Shown here in pieces: positions 60,737 through 64,000 of a stretch of 64,000 bases of DNA. Made by a program: the position numbers and the translations under genes. The stretch comes from Mobula hypostoma (lineage: Eukaryota): contig NC_086108.1 in assembly GCF_963921235.1 (NCBI RefSeq), forward strand, positions 28,088,001-28,152,000, in the 5' to 3' direction. The notes under the pieces were generated by a model. That model made no database searches and was not told the origin of the DNA. It saw only the letters and a program-made list of their open reading frames with translations. Position 1 is the stretch's first letter. Each line of letters begins with the position of its first letter.

Positions 60737-62389
60737 TTAGCGGAAGTTAGAGAAGTCGATGTTCATGCCATCAGGTTGGAGGCTACCCAGACAGAATATA
60801 AGGTGTCGTTCCTCCAACCTGAGTGTGGCTTCATCTTTACAGTAGAGGAGGCCGTGGATAGACATGTCAGAATGGGAATGGGATGTGGAATTAAAATGTG
60901 TGGCCATTGGGAGATCCTGCTTTCTCTGGCGGACAGAGCGTAGATGTTCAGCAAAGCGGTCTCCCAGTCTGCGTCGGGTCTCACCAATATATAAAAGGCC
61001 ACATCGGGAGCACCGGACGCAGTATATCATCCCAGTCGACTCACAGGTGAAGTGATGCCTCACCTGGAAGGACTGTTTGGGGCCCTGAATGGTGGTAAGG
61101 GAGGAAGTGTAAGGGCATGTGTAGCACTTGTTCCGCTTACACGGATAAGTGCCAGGAGGGAGATCAGTGGGGAGGGATGGAGGGGACGAATGGACAAGGG
61201 AGTTGTGTAGGGAGCGATCCCTGCGGAATGCAGAGAGAGGGGGGAGGGAACGATGTGCTTAGTGGTGGGATCCCGTTGGAGGTGGCGGAAGTTACGGAGA
61301 ATAATATGTTGGACCCGGAGGCTGGTGGGGTGGTAGGTGAGGACTAGGGGAACCCTATTCCTAGTGGGGTGGTGGGAGGATGGAATGAGAGCAGATGTAC
61401 GTGAAATGGGGGAGATGCGTTTAAGAGCAGAGTTGATAGTGGAGGAAGGGAAGCCCCTTTCTTTAAAAAATGAAGACATCTCCCTCGTCCTAGAATGAAA
61501 AGCCTCATCCTGAGAGCAGATGCGGCGGAGACGGAGGAATTGCGAGAAGGGGATGGCGTTTTTGCAAGAGACAGGCTGAGAAGAGGAATAGTCCAGATAG
61601 CTGTGAGAGTCAGTAGGCTTATAGTAGACATCAGTGGATAAGCTGTCTCCAGAGACAGAGACAGAAAGATCTAGAAAGGGGAGGAAGGTGTCGGAAATGG
61701 ACCAGGTAAACTTGAGGGCAGGGTGAAAGTTGGAGGCAAAGTTAATAAAGTCAACGAGTTCTGCATGCGTGCAGGAAGCAGCGCCAATGCGGTTGTCGAT
61801 GTAGCGAAGGAAAAGTGGGGGACAGATACCAGAATAGGCACAGAACATAGATTGTTCCACAAACCCAACAAAAAGGCAGGCATAGCTAGGACCCATACGG
61901 GTGCCCATAGCTACACCTTTAGTTTGGAGGAAATGGGAGGAGCAAAAGGAGAAATTATTAAGAGTAAGGACTAATTCCGTTAGACGGAGCAGAGTGGTGG
62001 TAGAGGGGAACTGATTAGGTCTGGAATCCAAAAAGAAGCGTAGAGCTTTGAGACCTTCCTGATGGGGGATGGAAGTATATAAGGACTGGCCATCCATGGT
62101 GAAAATAAAGCGGTGGGGGCTAGGGAACTTAAAATCATCGAAAAGTTTAAGAGTGTGAGAAGTGTTACGAACATAGGTTGGAAGGGATTGAACAAGGGGT
62201 GATAAAACGGTGTCGAAGTATGCAGAAACGAGTTCGGTGGGGCAGGAGCAAGCTGAGACAATAGGTCGGCCAGGACAGGCAGGTTTGTGGATCTTGGGTA
62301 GGAGGTAGAAACGGGAAGTGCAGGGTGTGGGAACTATAAGGTTGGTAGCAGTGGATGGGAGATCCCCTGAGCGGATAAAGTCGGTGATG
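60737..62389 (-). pseudogene. PLE reverse transcriptase and GIY-YIG endonuclease (frameshift near 61245)
   Basis: FYLLPKIHK, GRPIVS, SLYTSIP, QTKGVAMGT, RYIDN (catalytic DD changed to DN), PFLDL, YYKPT; MIYCVRCSRCGLLYIGET..RFAEH..LEERHLIF..GMN. Confidence 0.93.
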
Positions 62390-64000
62390 GCCAAGAAGTT
62401 TATCACTATCATCCTTGTTGTGGTGAATGCTCTACCCTTAATCAATGTCAGACAGGCACTAGAGGAGCTGAACACCATTCAAGATTCAAGATTCAAAAAA
62501 ACTTTATTGTCATTCTAACCGTACATCAGCTCTGCAGGGCAGAATGAGACAGCATTTCCCAGGAGCAGTGCAATCATAACATAACAAATGCAACACTAAA
62601 TAATAAACACAATAATAAATAGCAATCACGAAACAGCATACTCTGATGCCTTCTTGATTATTGTGGGGTATTTCAAGGGGTCAGCTTGAAGAATTCTCTG
62701 ACCAATTAACACCAACAAGTCAGGTGGAGCCAACACACTTGACCACTGTTACACTGCCATCAGGAGTGCCTACCATGCCATTCCATGCCCGCACTTTGGC
62801 AAGTCCATTCACCTGATGTCTATTCCCAGCGTACAAGCAGAGTCTGAGGACTACAGCACCAGTGGTGAGGACCATGAAACTATGGTCAAGGGAAGCAGAG
62901 GAACACCTACAGGAAGCTTTGAATCAATGGACTGGAAAATACTCAGGGATTCATCTTCAAATCTGATCGCAGTTTTCGCAGTTGAAAGGGAAGATAAAGA
63001 TACCCCTGTGCGATTGCCTGCAACGTCTGGTAGCGCTGTGATCTCTGTCTCAGAGGCTGACATCTTTCCAGAGGGTGAGCCCTCACGAGGCATCAGGCCG
63101 CGATGGTGTAGGGCTTTGAAAACATATGCCAACCCGTTGTTAAGAGTGTTCAAGGACATCTTCAGTCTCTCACTGCTGTAGTTAGAGATTCCTACCTGCT
63201 TCAAAAGAGCACCAATCATACCATGCCCAAGAAGAGCAGGGTCAGCTGCCTCAGTGGCTATCACCCAGTTGTACTTGTATCTACTGTGACCAAGGTTGGT
63301 CATGGTTAGAATCAACTCCTACCTCAGCAAGGACCTGAACCTGCTGCAATTTGCCTATCACCACAATAGGTCTACAGCGGATATCTTCACACTACCTTGG
63401 ACCACATGGACAATAGCAGTGTCTATATCAGGCTGCTCTTTATTGATTACAGCTCTGTTTCAATGCCATCAACCCTTCCATACTCATCAACAAGCATCAA
63501 ATCCTGGGGACTTCTGTACTTCCCTCTGCAACTGGATCATTAGGAGTTTGAGGACAATTGGTATGCCTCCAAAGGCCCTAACAAATTTCGACACACGGAG
63601 AGAATTCTAACTGTTTGGGTCACTGTCTGGTATGGAGGGGCCACTGCTCGGCCAGCTACGTCATGGGCAATAGCCTCCATAGCATCGAGGGCATCTTCAA
63701 AATGCGATACCTGAAAAAGGCAGCATCCATCATTGAAGACCCCCATCACCCAGGATATGTCCTCTTCTTATTACTGCTGTCAAAGAGGAGATACAGGAGC
63801 CTGAAGATGTACACTCAACATTTTGGGAACAGCTTCTCCCCCTCTACCATCAGATTTCTGATTGAACAATGAACACTACCTCACTATTATTGCTCTCTTT
63901 TTGCACTACTCGTTAAGTTTTGTTCATATATATTTCTTATTGTAATTTATAGTATTTATGCATCACACTGTGTGGCTGTCTCAAGACAAATTTCACCCAG

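Larger units (their letters stand above)
60341..62389 (-). mobile_element. Penelope-like retroelement, 5'-truncated and lacking the 3' tail
   Basis: RT ORF, GIY-YIG ORF, 3' UTR and hammerhead-bearing pseudo-LTR end. Confidence 0.95.
60180..64000 (+). mobile_element. Decayed Rex1/Babar-like LINE split by a PLE (60341-62389) and a short LINE tail (62477-62625, -)
   Basis: KKFITIILVVVNALP..RQALEEL (APE); FKDIFSLSL; DLNLLQFAYHHNRSTAD; KKAASIIEDPHHPG..SFSPSTIRFL. Confidence 0.78.

Noticed and set aside
47779..64000. QSOX1 exon 2 (expected W-R/K-P..LAA.DCA..N..C pattern) and read-through of the ORF to 47801
   Set aside because: No matching exon found by eye, so it is probably beyond the window; residues after the GT donor (LGCDFI) are intronic.

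Overview
Eukaryotic (vertebrate) genomic DNA, most likely a cartilaginous fish such as a ray. That assignment is inferred only from the repeat content: V-domain SINEs, CR1, Rex1/Babar, fish-type L1 and abundant Penelope-like elements. The only host gene recognised is the first coding exon of QSOX1 (47526/47544-47778, + strand; signal peptide and WCGHC thioredoxin motif), in a CpG-rich promoter. Everything downstream is probably intron 1, and no host exon was recognised upstream. The rest is a dense, deeply nested collection of transposons: an RTE LINE with both ends intact inside a palindromic mariner MITE, a decayed chromodomain Gypsy provirus, a solo LTR, Tc1, Harbinger, hAT and Chapaev-like DNA elements, an inverted L1, and many Penelope-like (PLE) copies. 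The most interesting signals are: (i) minimal hammerhead ribozyme motifs in the PLE ends; (ii) TSD-flanked fold-back PLE insertions whose inverted arm repeatedly stops about 37-39 nt short of the 3' end; (iii) a tRNA-independent self-priming signature in the Gypsy LTR; (iv) a non-coding retroelement family with an ETS+YY1-like head; (v) long potential dsRNA in QSOX1 intron 1. Most long ORFs in the supplied track are decayed TE fragments or their antisense shadows. Boundaries of decayed repeats are approximate, and family names come from motif recognition, not database searches.
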